From Penicillus capitatus (taxonomy: Eukaryota > Plantae > Chlorophyta): a stretch of 64,000 bases of DNA. The notes beneath the pieces were generated by a model, which saw nothing but the letters and a program-made list of their open reading frames with translations, was not told the origin of the DNA and ran no database searches. Below are positions 22,675 through 34,840 of the stretch, piece by piece. The first letter of the stretch is position 1. Every line of letters starts with the position of its first letter. The stretch spans positions 831,635-895,634 of the forward strand of contig OZ287697.1 in assembly GCA_965649825.1 (NCBI GenBank). The letters are read 5' to 3'. Position numbers and translations under genes: made by a program.

Positions 22675-25600
22675 GGTGCAGGCGGAACGAGAAAAGCGAA
22701 CGACGGAGCGGCAATGAGAACGGCACCGCACCGAAACAACAGACCTAGGCTGGCTGCTAATGAATTGCAGACCCAATTGATCGTCTGTCTTTAATGATGA
22801 TTCTTCGCAGCCGCGCGCTGATGCCTCTGCTTCCATGCAGCTTCCCTCCGCGGACTCTCCTTTTCTCCGCGTCCTAGGCACAGGACAAAGCCATGTTTAG
22901 GTGATTGGGTCTCTTCTGCGGCAGAGGTGGACAGTCCAGCAGACTCTGCACTCCCAGAGTACCATCCAGCGTCATGTCATTGAATGGACAGATGAATGTC
23001 CACGCACGACATTGTTCGCTCAGAAAGGCAGAGGTCACAAGGTGTGGTATGCCGACGTATCGTTGTGGACTCTTTCGACATCCGTGGAACCGATCAGGTA
23101 CCAGCAGACCGTTCCATCCTTCCATGGTAGGTGATGGACCGAGAGCCTCCCGTCTTGGAGATGCTGGATGTGAATGCAACATTCCGCGATCATTCGTTTG
23201 CTGTCGTCCATCGTACAACGTTCTGACTGGTTCTCCGTCCAGTCAGTGAGTGTTGTTCTTGATGAATGGCTGGATGGTGATTTGGCACTGCACTTCCGTT
23301 GAAACAGTGATTTTTGTCAGTCGAGATCCTCTACTCCGTTCTGCGCTTCTCGTCTCCTTCCAATGAGGCTACGTGCAAACAGATTCCGATACAGTGCATG
23401 GGATGACATGTTCTAACTTTCGATGACGTTGTTCACTGTATGACCTGTAGTTCTCTAGCACGGACCCTTTCGCTTGTTTCGTGTTGTCTTCGAGGTCGCA
23501 GTCAAATCTTTTGAGGATCCCTTTCATCCAGAACGCTCTCTAGGCGTGATGCGCTCCGTTGAATTCGTTTCGCGCAGCGCCAGCCTCTTAGCAGGATCCA
23601 TGTAGACGTGCACACTATCAAGAGTGAGTGTTTCTTTCAAACCCTTTGCAACTTCCGACACCTTCACAGTCGAAGGCAGCAGTGGATACAGGCACCAGAG
23701 GCTACAGAACAAGGATCGATCGCATCCACGTCCATGATGTTGCGGAATCACTCATGTCACTGAGTGTTCTTTGACTGGTCGATGTCTCTGGCTTCGGCAT
23801 ACGAATCTCTGTTCTCTCCGGTAGGGAGAGAGGAGGTCACTCATTTGCCTGCCAAAACAACACAATCATTAGGGAAATGGACTCTGTTAGAAGAGATCGA
23901 CAGGTGTATGAGCAAAGAGATAATTCTAACCAGCAGGCGTAGCACACGAAGTCCAACAGATCGTCTTCCCGATACGAGGTCGTGTGAATACGCTTGTTTG
24001 TCTGATGCTCGCAACAGAGACAACGCGTCGCAGGGCCATGGAGTGCCGTCTTCTAAAGCTCCTTCACTGCGTCGGGTATCCCCAAAGAAGCACGTCATCG
24101 TGCAGACCGAAGTCTGAACTTGCAGACGCCGACTCTTCCGTTCGCATCTTCGGAGTGAAACAGACCTTCGAGAGTCGCGGATGTCAAAAGATCGGGCAGG
24201 AGAACGAATTGCCTCAGCAGTGCCACGCGTGAAGTACGAGCGCTTCAGCCCAAGGTCCCACCCACGAGGCGATGGGCCTGCTAACGCATTCGATTGTCTC
24301 TTATGTTTGTTTTCGTTTCCCTGCCGCATCTGCGCGATGTGAGCAGAAGAGAGTGGTGACGCGTTCGATCCTTGTCAAGATTTCGGTCCACTCGAGAGCA
24401 GCCTGCCATCAACGATGCGGCAGTTCACGTCGACAAGGATGTTTTCTTCGGCGAGGTTCGGAACAGGAAAAGACCGAACGACGTCAGCAGCACTCTTGTA
24501 CGAGGGTCTTTATCGGTCTCTCTGTGGATGCGCTGTGATATTCAGGCTTTCGTCCGCACGATGACGGAAGGCGAAGCGGTGAACTTTGGCATACCGTTCA
24601 CTCGCTGAAGAAGCTGCACGCAGTCTTCTCGGCTGGTGGACTTGACAGTCGTTTATGCAGCATCTTATCGAGCCTAGGCCGCATCGATTTCGTTTCGAGC
24701 TTAGCAGATTGTTGAGCGCAGTACGTTTAGATCCATCGAGAGAGAGAGAGGAGACGGACACTTCGGAGACATGTCAGAACCGGCACCATCAAGGGCAGCA
24801 GCCGCGAGGTCATGTGTCCGTGACGACGCATCGTTGTTTCATCGATTGCTTTGCTCTTCGAAAGACGGAAGAGCCGTTCCTCGAATCGGCGACGTAGCCA
24901 GAGCAGTTGTGCGATCTTGACTGCTTCGCGCATTTGCGCGTTACTCACCACCCCACCCTCCTCTGTGTCTCTAGAGAAGATGCCGATCAGGTGACTTCGT
25001 TTATTTGCAAGACATGATTCATGCATATCGCAGGTATGCGTCCACAAGAGAATGTTAACACTCACGTGCCGGTCGGGATTCGATAGGGTCATCGACTTTG
25101 AAAGAGAGCTGTGTTCGTTCGCGCGGAAAGAGGAGCACGAACGAATGCCTCGCCCCTCAGAGGCGTTCTGTGCGGTTAGCGAGAAAGGGTGGGACGACAG
25201 GGATACGTCTTCGATGTTGACCGAAGTGTGTGACCGTAGGAGTTCTTAGGATATGCAAATGAAGAGCAACGGTCTTCTTTGCTTTCTCCTTCCGACAAGG
25301 CCATCGCTGCATCAGGATGCAGACAACGAAGAGAGCACACGATTTCTCTTTCGGGAAACAGATTTACTAGCCGGTGGTCCTTGAGAGCTCATCCGAGCTA
25401 GCAGTTTGTGTCACATTTCGCCGTCACCGTCAGCGAACGGCACGCACAAAGAGTGAATCATCGTTCGCTTTTCGCAGCCACCTATTCATCGTGCTGTGGC
25501 AGGAATCGCGCTTTATACGCCGCGCCATAGAAAGAATGGCTGTTTCTAATTCATAAAGCGAAGGAAGCACGGAATGAAGTCGTTTTGCCGACTGCAACCG

Positions 25601-25969
25601 GACCCTAAACTATGTTATGCTAAGGGGCTGCGGACAGCAAGAGCGAGAGTGCGGTCAGAGAGCTTGAAGGTTTCGTCAATAGACGACCGCCAACGAAACC
25701 ATCCTTCCTGCTCACCCGTATTCTTCGTCGCCGCAGCGGCCTTAGACACCTGAAACGTGACAGGTATTTTTGGAGATGGACGACAGCAACACGCGAACGC
25801 TTCACCCGTGGCAGCAGTGGGATGTGTGCGTGCGTCCGTGCGTGCGTACGCGTGGAAGGTTGGACGAAAAGATTCCCTCGCGGAGGAACCTGCGATCGCT
25901 CAAGAAGATCAGTCGAAGGCGTTCGTCGTACACAATGTTAGGGGCACGATCGACCAGAGAACTATTCTC

Positions 25970-26123
25970 AGACAGCCAGACAGCCAGATAGTTAGACAGC
26001 CAGACAGCCGGATAGTTAGACAGCCAGACAGCCGGATAGTTAGACAGCCAGACAGCCGGATAGTTAGACAGCCAGACAGCCGGATAGTTAGACAGCCAGA
26101 CAGCCGGATAGTTAGACAGCCGG
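25970..26123. repeat. 24-bp tandem repeat x6 plus partial (AGACAGCC AGACAGCC GGATAGTT)
   Basis: Read directly; ends ~100 bp upstream of the lectin ATG at 26224. Confidence 0.95.
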
Positions 26124-26223
26124 CATACAAATAGTCTATCGCCAGTTCTATCTCGGTGTTTCTTCGTCCTTTCTTTCAGACCTTGCCATAAGAGATCGTC
26201 GATTTCTCGCTTCTAAGAGCGTC

Positions 26224-27429
26224 ATGTTTTGTTGTCGTATGGTTTTGTTCGCCGCCGTCATTACTTTGTTGACGGCAGGTGCACCGACTCTCGCCTACAT
26301 CTCTGCGGCAAAGAGTTCGGCGTATACGTTCTCGACAGAGAATGCTCAAGAAGCATCCTTTAAGAATCGGGACTCGAAGGCAGTAGCACTCGAAGAGATA
26401 ATAGCCGCTTCCAATTCCGATGATCCGCAGGAAATCGCAGGGGTGTATAGAAACCTAGGCGGAACGGCGCAAACTCGTCCCTGTTGCGTTAAATCCGGAC
26501 CGCGACGTGTCGACTGCTTCGTTCAAGGAACGACGGCGCAGGTGGACTGGATCTACGTCGACCACGGCAAAGTCTCAGACTGGGTGACACTGGAAGGGGC
26601 GGTACTTGGGGACATTGAATGTGTGAGCCGCGAAGATGGCGTCATCGACGTCTTGGCTCTCGACAAAACTGGTATGCTCATGGACAGGACGTACATGGAC
26701 GACACGTGGAGCGAATGGAAAACTGTGGGAGGACCCTACATGGAAGTCCCTTCGTGTGTGGTACGAGCACCGCGGGTCATCAACTGCATGGGCAGAAAGA
26801 TGAACGACAATTCGCTGCAACACGTTGGACAGGATGGTGGTGTTTGGAAGTATCATGACGATTTTCCAGGAGAATGGGCTTCGAGCCCTTTGGTATGCTC
26901 AGCACAATCACGCGACGACTTCGATTGCTTTGGCAGTGGAGAAAGCATGCTTCTCCATGCGAAATTCTGGACATCAGGTGACTGGTCCTCCTGGGAGAGT
27001 CTCGGTGCGAGAGGATATAAACGACCCTCTGTGACGACCTATAAGAGATCGCCCAGAAGAGATGTGTTTGCCATGTCAGCCGAAACGAAAGGCATTGTGC
27101 ATATTCTCGTGTTCAATAAGGCCGAACAACCCTGGGAAGATCTGGGAGGCGTCTTCGATTCCGTGCCTGAGTGTGTGGCGTATGGAGACGGCCTCATTTA
27201 CTGCTTCGCAGTAGGAGAGGAATCCTATCTGTATTTCAACTCTCTCGACTATGACAGACGGTCGGGATGGACACCTGATTCCACCTTTCAATTCCTCGAA
27301 ACCCCATCCTGTGTCTTGTTGGAAAGGGAGGCAGACGATCTGAAGCAATATATCGTTTGCACTGGAAGAGCCGTCGGCCAAGAAGTCATTCAGATTACCT
27401 ACGAACTTCCTAACATACGAACTTCCTAA
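26224..27429 (+). CDS. Secreted seven-bladed PLL-like beta-propeller lectin-like protein (intact paralog 3)
   Basis: 401 aa, intronless, with a signal peptide. Seven ~46-48 aa repeats of P.CV....R.DCF..G....W..W..LGG type resemble PLL/fucose-binding propeller repeats. Ligand unknown. Confidence 0.8.
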   Translation: MFCCRMVLFAAVITLLTAGAPTLAYISAAKSSAYTFSTENAQEASFKNRDSKAVALEEIIAASNSDDPQEIAGVYRNLGGTAQTRPCCVKSGPRRVDCFVQGTTAQVDWIYVDHGKVSDWVTLEGAVLGDIECVSREDGVIDVLALDKTGMLMDRTYMDDTWSEWKTVGGPYMEVPSCVVRAPRVINCMGRKMNDNSLQHVGQDGGVWKYHDDFPGEWASSPLVCSAQSRDDFDCFGSGESMLLHAKFWTSGDWSSWESLGARGYKRPSVTTYKRSPRRDVFAMSAETKGIVHILVFNKAEQPWEDLGGVFDSVPECVAYGDGLIYCFAVGEESYLYFNSLDYDRRSGWTPDSTFQFLETPSCVLLEREADDLKQYIVCTGRAVGQEVIQITYELPNIRTS

Positions 27430-28151
27430 CAAATAAATCTTTGCCTTTCGATCTTTGTTCTCCAGAACTGAACCTGTTGTGTGGATGGGGGAATGGGATG
27501 AGTTTGAGATTTGTTTTTTGTGTCCTTCAGCTCAGTTGGATGCCTTCTATGAACCGGATGCAATGCATACGAACACCATTTCCCACATTGCCTGCATTGG
27601 TCTGTTTGGCAGTGTGATTGTGAACAGTACCGTTTTTGCTGCAAGCTGTGTGAGATGGATTCGGTGTTTTTGGGTGCTTTGCATGATTTCCCGGTAAACA
27701 GATGTCAGCAGTCTCTTTTGGTATGGAATCTCCTCGACGTCGCGCGATTTTCGCGGCAGCTCCTCGAAGGCGGTCTTCCCGCGGCAACCGGAACGAAAAG
27801 GCACTCGGAGAGTGTGGATGGAACGTGCCGAGAAGTTTGATTTCGACTTCCTCGTGCCCATTCAAACCGCCGCCCGAAAACGCATGCAGCATCTGCCGCG
27901 TCCTTCCGTTTCGGTGCCAAACGAAACCGCCTGGCCGCGCACGTCATCTCGACACTCCACACAGCCAAGGATCGCTCTCTGGCGGCACGCAGGGCGATTC
28001 AGAGGTGCGTGCATCTCGATGCGAAAAGACACAAGCTACAGTAATTGCCGCCATTCGGGCATATTCTTCGTCAGAGTCAACAAGAGATCATGTTCGTTTA
28101 CGAAAAAGCATAATAACTGTTCGTCGAAGCTCAAGAGCTCCTTCTTTCTCA

Positions 28152-31100
28152 TCAAACACGTGGACGTTTCGTGGCCGGCTCCATTCCGTCACACAGAGAG
28201 ACATTCTGCTGACTCTCTGCTCCCGAAGAACCCTCTGTGGCTTCATGACTCGACTGCGGACGTGCACTCGTTTCAGGGCTCGCAATCTGACATCACTCAA
28301 TGATCTCGCGATCGCCCACACCGATGGCATACCTGTGGGAGGGATGGAGTGCCAGACGAGAGACTAGGAACTTGTCGGCCTCTCTTGAGGAGACAGGAGA
28401 GATGCGCCGTATCCGAAATGAGCCACGGTGCAATGCGTTCACAGGACAGAGGCTCTTCATCTTTCTCCGCGAAGCTGCTGCGCGGCAGGTGCCTAAAGAG
28501 AACGCGTTTGGTGTTTCTCTTTGGCGGAGGGTATCACGCACCTGTCCTCTCCACTCTTCTCAGAGGCCTCTGGACTACAGAACTTCAGAAGGTGTGCTTG
28601 CATTTTGGTCACAAAGATGGAGTTGTAGAAATCAATGATATCACTCATGTCTTCCACCTAAGTGTTCGACATGCGCTTGTTCACGCTGTCCATTGCATCG
28701 CTCGGAGATTCCATTACCTGGAATCCTGGGTTCGTTTGACGTAAGATCACGTTTCTGTAGATTTCTGGCTGATGAAGTTGCTTGTAGCGATGGGTGATTT
28801 CTTTGAACGTAATGCCTAAGTTATGTACTTTGCAGACGCCATAGAGTGCGCAGAGTGTGATCTGATCCAAATGGCGATTGTAGAACAGATGCGTCTGCTC
28901 ATAGAGTGCACATTTGAGGGTCCTGTACACCTGGCTCGGCAGATACCTTGCTGCAAGACCGTCGAGAGAGGAAGAGATCACACCTGAAGCATGATAGCGT
29001 TGTTGCTGACAGGTTGAAAATTGAGGTGCAGCTTGAAGTCCATCAGACGGTGGGCAGCAAGCCTCAGCGTCTTTCTGAAGAAATCCTCCAGAACGATTCT
29101 AGATCGATTCGGCTTGGCATGGACAGATTCGATCGTTCCCAGGCCTTCTGGCAGATGCGACTCCCTCGAGGCGGATAGGGACGACGACTGTGTGCTTTCA
29201 GAAGTGCTGCCTGCGGACAGAGCTGCAGGACAATGCCACAGGTTGGAGATCTCTTGCCTGTCCTGGTCGAGGAGGCCACGACTTTGAAAGCGGAACCGGG
29301 CGATCTCTGATCCAGCGAGAGGCCGGGGATCGACAGAGCAGAAGGCTTGAAGAAAGGCGCCTGTGATACTGTCTCGCCCGTTTTGGGCATCTCTGTCTCG
29401 GAGAGCGTTTCCTGAATGAGCGTGTAGATCGATGAGCCAGGCAACCAGGCCGACGATTCGATGATGCGTTCTTCGATACGTCGCAGATGTCTTTTCATTC
29501 TGGGATGCATGTCCGTCATGGCGTTCAGGAAGACGTCGATGATCTTGCAGAATTCGAAGGGTCTCAGTTTGAGGATGTTCAGAAGGGTCGGAAACGCCAA
29601 GTGCTCCTGGAGATGCGAGAACGGTGCGTGAGTGAGAACGCCGATGACGTGACAGGAGACGACCTACCAGCTTTAGCGAGACGATCACTATCTCCAAGGC
29701 ACAGGTGATAAGAGAGAGCACAAAGTCTTGAGACAATAGGACAGGTGCGAAGCCCTTTCCATGCTGCACGTGCGATTCCATTTCCAGCAGCGATTCCATG
29801 GACCGATAGAAGATCTGGATGCCCTGTCAGAGACAACACAGCAATGGGTGGGTATCTGCAAAGAGATGCCAAAGAGGGATGTCACCAGTGATGCCTCGTG
29901 GGAAATCTCTTGAGGATTGGTGCCTTTGCTTGGGAGGATTCTCTGGACAATGCCAAACAGCTTCGACTGAATGGCTGCTGTCATTTCAGATCCGCAGGTA
30001 TCGAGATAAGACTTCAGCTTCTCCGATGGCTACAGGACACAGAGTGTCGTCCTCTCTTGTCTGGCGAGTGACCCAAGTGACAGACATTGATGGAACAGTG
30101 CTGTGCGAAGCTGGCGAGCCACGTGGCCAGTGAAGTACGGGATGAGGAAGAAGAGGTCTTGTCGAGGGGGAATGTGGAAGGTGTGGGTGGAGATGGGGCG
30201 GGTGAGGGCAATGCGGGAGGAGGGACTGGCGCATCCAGCTTCTGCATGACACGCTCGACAAGAAACAGACGTTCATCACATTCGCCTATCGTCGCTAAAT
30301 ATTCCTAAATCGCCACACCCCACCACCATCTCATGCATTGCGTGCGATCGGCCAAGATGGCTCACCGAATATCGCGAGTCCAGCACTTCTAAGCAATGGT
30401 CTAGTAGATGTTTTTCGGGATCCAGTACATTATTCGCACTTCCTAGAAATCTGGTTTCTCCCTAGAGAGATGATCATTTGAGTGAGTGAGGGATGTGGCT
30501 ACAGAAAGAATCCGTCACGCTTCACTGCCTTTCCATCATGATGCTGTTAATGGAGGCAATGCTTCGATGCTCCTCAGCTTTGCCAGCGATGACGGGTAAG
30601 ATGAATGCGAACACTTGACTACATTTTCTGTCACACTGAATGCATTGCTCGGAGCAATAACATTGGCAAGAAACATATTGTCCCAGAGGGTGGCGACCTC
30701 TCACTTTTACTGAGCTAGTCTTCTGCGAAAGCTAAAGCATCCATTCAAACTGATACATGCAGCAGCAGAGATGTCTTCTCTTGAAGGGAGGGACACCGAT
30801 CTTTGTTGTCCTTTTCTTTAGGAAACAGAAAAACGCGTCAGACGCTCTTGGCCAAAGATATTGGAGAACGACACATGAAGACATCGAGAACGGAGAAGAC
30901 CTCCAAGCAGAATCTATGAGACGGATAATTATGACAGTATCTAATTTGGCTTCCCCGCTCAACTCTTTCCAAACTGTGGCACTGCAACTTTCAAACCCGA
31001 GTGAGAAAATACATGCATTCATTAAGAAACAGATGCTGCTGTCACATCATTTCAGCACTTCCTTTCCAAAGTGGATTCTTTCTAAGCATCATCCATCACA

Positions 31101-31457
31101 GACGGATACAGAACACAGAACAAAGTGTGCAACCACGGTGGACTCAAAACGGCCATCCCAATGCGTTCTTCAATTTTCAAGCATAGTAACAGATGACCCT
31201 CCCGTCCAAAACAAAGAGAGAGACCAACAGTGTGAGTCCAGCGGAAATTCGAGTAAGGAAAGCAAAGAAGACCCCCGTCTACTGAGCACAAGAAGACGGT
31301 CCCTTTGCTCAATGGTTGACGGTTGTCGACATGAGACGCCTAATGACTTCATCATGCACCTCATGATGTGCCAGTTTCTGAGCGTTTTGGGCCTCAATCC
31401 GTCGATTGTCTCAGTCAACTCACGCGGCCCGTGAACTTCGCATTTCTCCGTCGACAT
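28152..31457 (-). CDS. RBR1: Retinoblastoma-related protein (RBR/MAT3), multi-exon; 5' end uncertain
   Basis: EYLATIGECDERLFL; pocket A LSLITCALEIV..PFEFCKIIDVF..KRHLRRIEERIIESSAW; pocket B FFRKTLRLAAHRL, LFYNRHLDQITLCALYGVCK, DIIDFYNSIF; C-terminal PATKRPRV*. Confidence 0.9.
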
Positions 31458-31484
31458 TTGTTCTTTCCTTTTCGAACGAACACC

Positions 31485-32973
31485 ATGGGATCGCAACAAC
31501 GTCAGACGACTGGTCCTCTCGTCATCGCCTCGAGTGGATCCCTTAACCCGAGCACCAACAGCACGTACACACATCGTTTTCGCTTTTCTTCGCGTCAAAC
31601 CGTATACGTAGGGTTGGAGGCACTGGTTCGTCTCAGCACGAACAAACGAACGTCGCAGGCGGGACGGTAAGCTGAATGACGTTATGGCGATTGTCTGACA
31701 GTCGTTGTGATGCGAGGTGCGTCGTCGTTCGGACTACGAGAATGGTGGCCGTCGGTCCACAGGCGAAGCCTTCGCCCAACGAGTGAAGTTGATACACGAC
31801 TGGGATCTTGGCGAAAAACGCCCCTTCTACGATATCGATACGAAACACCAGAAAGAACAGGCATTTGAAGCGGAGATCGCCGAAGAGCTCTTCGCCTATC
31901 TTCGCGAGATCGAACTGATCAAACGCCCAAGCGACGACGCCGAGCTGCAGACGGCGATTCCGCGTCCAGGTTTTCGCAAAGAGCGCATGCGCGCCGTCAA
32001 CTTTCTCTTTTCCAATGTCCACGCCTTGATGGTAACCGTTGTTGGTCGAGACGGTCTACCGAGGCCGGTCTTGTGCTGCAGACAACGACGAATACGGTCC
32101 ACGTGGCGATGTACTACTTTGACCGTTTCTACGAGAAATACGATGGCAAGGCAGTGAAGACAGCAACGGTAAAGAAGTCCACGATGACGCTGAGCGATGA
32201 CCAGGAATGTTTGTTTGTGCAGGTCATTGCCACAGCACTGCATTTGGCTTCAAAGTACGAACAGATCGATCCAGTAAGCATTCATAGAATCAGTTCACTC
32301 ATGAAACCAAGCGGCACACGTGCACTCTCCATCTCGGCTGTGCTCAAACTCGAGGGAGATTTCTTGATGATCCTGAGCGATTTTCTGGCACCCACAGCCA
32401 CCAACTTTGTCCATAGGTGAGTGATGTCTGCCGGCCGCCGCCAGCTATGCGTCATTCACCTGCGCTCTGTGCCATAGGTTTATGCAATCTGTGGATATGG
32501 AGATGCATATGAGTGCTGTGTACATGGCCCGTTATTACTCCTCTTTGGCCATGAGCCATTTTTCTTTGTCTGGGTATCGCTCCAGTAAGCTGGCAGCTGC
32601 TGCTGCGTTCATCGCTTTCAATCACTATGTCCGTGCTCCGATCAGCACCAATGCGTCTGGGGAGGATGAGAGCCACATCCAATTCCCTGCAGCATTGAAA
32701 CACCATTGCGGTTACTCCTTGGCAGAACTGGAGCCCATTGTGCTGCAACTGGTGGAACTTGCTCGCGAGATGGAGAAAACGGCATTCAAGCCCGTCCACG
32801 AGAAAGAGGCATTGCCCTATGCCGTGTACAATCATTACCGCATCAAAGGCGTTGTCTCTACCTACACCCTTCCCGATTTCGGATCCTACTTCCGCGATAT
32901 GGAAAGGGCACAGATCGATGACGAAAACGATGAAGAAAACAACGAGACCAAAGCGATTGCTACATTGGCATGA
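31485..32973 (+). CDS. Divergent A/B-type cyclin
   Basis: EIAEELFAYLREIE..RP, atypical box RMRAVNFLF, VIATALHLASKYEQI, LEGDFL, and C-box YRSSKLAAAA..HCGYSLAEL. Four modelled introns (31565-31611, 31668-31717, ~32032-32080, ~32418-32478). Confidence 0.85.
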
Positions 32974-33714
32974 TGGATGGGTGTTGGGCTGCCGAGCTGC
33001 TTGCTGGATGCATGGAGTGTTTGTGATTCTTGATTTGATTTTTCATGAAGTCTTCTCTGAAGTGGTGGGGATGAATGAGATTTTGGATAGGGCAGCAGCA
33101 TGTTATCGCAAGAAGGTGCACTTCTAAAGTGACGTACGTACGTACGTACATGTACATGGGAACTGAATGGGAAGAAGGACATCAAGCATCGGCAGGACTC
33201 TCAGTGTATTGGAGAGATCCCGACATTCGAGGAAACCACGTGGAAGGATCCAATTCAATCGTGGTTCATGAAAAGCGTTCTGAGAAATGTATGATTCCGT
33301 GACGCGCCGTGACAGAACGTGATGTGACCTGCTGATGGATCCATAATACTCGCGCACGCCACGCCACGCAGTCCAGGCGCATCTTCTCGGAAAGCATCTC
33401 GTTCACGATTCTTCTCATGAAGCGCATCGTTCTTTGTGCTGCCGAATGGACAGTCAGAGAAAGAGGAGAACGCGCATCAAATTCAGCGTGGCGGCAAGGA
33501 TTGCATCGTTCGAAATGTTTGTCGACAGTTACTCTGCCAAGAACACTGCCCCACGATTGCAAGCATTCAGGAAGGAACTGCGTGTCCACACATACCAGCA
33601 TATCTCAGGTTCATTCTACGGTTAAGGACAACGATCCTTGGCTAGAGTCAAAGCTACAAACTATGGTTGAATGAGATATTGACGTCCTCGCCACGAGCAG
33701 AATTTCGCAGATCG

Positions 33715-34788
33715 TCACGCCGACATTTTCAGCAAGATTTTGCGAATGCCGCTCTTTTTGGCTTCGTCAAATGCCTCGATGGCTTCGTCCAGATCATAGA
33801 CAGCGTCAATCATATCAACCACGGCCACTTCGCCGCGTTCCAACATACGCATCGCCGCAGGAAACGGCCCACAGCGCGAGCCAACAATGGTGATTTCCCC
33901 CACGACAACTTTGGTTAGATCCACCGGGTCCTTCGTCACGATCGTGCTTTTCAACACGAGCGTGCCGAGAGGACGCACGATCCGCAATGCCTCTCGAAAT
34001 CCTATCGATCGGCTTTACACTCTCGTTTGTTTACGTGTGCGTAAGGGCGGCGCACCTTGTGTATTGCCCGTCGCCTCGACGACGAAATCGAAGCTGTCGT
34101 TTTCGACTTCTTCCGTCATCTCTGTCGGCAGCCCCCAGCTGTGCGGCAATTCGCACGTCTTCTTTGTGCGACACAGGACGTGGACATCACCCCCTGCCGC
34201 CGACAGTACTTTCGAAATCAACATTCCGAGCTTTCCGGCACCGATGACAGCTATTCTCGACGTCGGTCGCACGCAAATCTGCCGCACGTCACATCACCCG
34301 ACAACCAAACGATGGCCTACCCTCACCTGATCACGTATACGTAGCGCCGCCGCAAGAGGCTCCGTAAACACGGCCGCTCGATCGGAAACGCTGTCCGGAA
34401 TCGCAACGAGATTACTCAGCGGGACGGTGACGTAGTCGGCAAAGCAGCCGTCTTTGTGAATAATTCCCAAAACCGTCCTCTGCGGATGATGCTCCAGAAC
34501 ACAGTTATGGTGCTGCGGGTCGACCTTTTCCGGGTCGATGATATTGATACTCGCACAGACACGCTTACCAATCCACGTCACATCCGACGCCTTCTCCACA
34601 ACACCACAAAACTCGTGCCCCATAACGCCATCGAACCCCGGAATATATCCGCGCAGAATTTCCAAATCCGTCGAGCAGATTCCGGCGAGTGTCACACGCA
34701 CCAACGCCTCATGCTTCAGCGGAACTGGCACAGGAAGATCGTGCTTGACGGATACGCATCCTTCTGACGTTAGGTAAACGCCACGCAT
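33715..34788 (-). CDS. Zn-dependent medium-chain alcohol dehydrogenase (MDR family), 3 exons
   Basis: GICSTD, GHEFCG, VIGAGKLG Rossmann motif, VVEATG, GTLVLKST, VGSRCGPF. Confidence 0.9.
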
Positions 34789-34840
34789 GATGTCACAGGA
34801 TCCGTCACTTCGTTCTATTTCTTTTCCCTCCCGCGCCTCG

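Noticed and set aside
27702-28367. Plus-strand ORFs of 163-221 aa
   Set aside because: They overlap the RBR 3' end and UTR in antisense and show no domain-like features.
30757-31434. 225-aa plus-strand ORF
   Set aside because: Antisense to the RBR 5' exons, with no recognisable domain.
28152-32973. Mating-type locus inferred from RBR/MAT3
   Set aside because: No other volvocine MT genes (such as MID or FUS1) were recognised, and the genes show no sign of the expansion typical of non-recombining regions.
33150-33680. Possible small gene between the cyclin and ADH
   Set aside because: Several short frames are open, but I found no consistent spliced model or motif.
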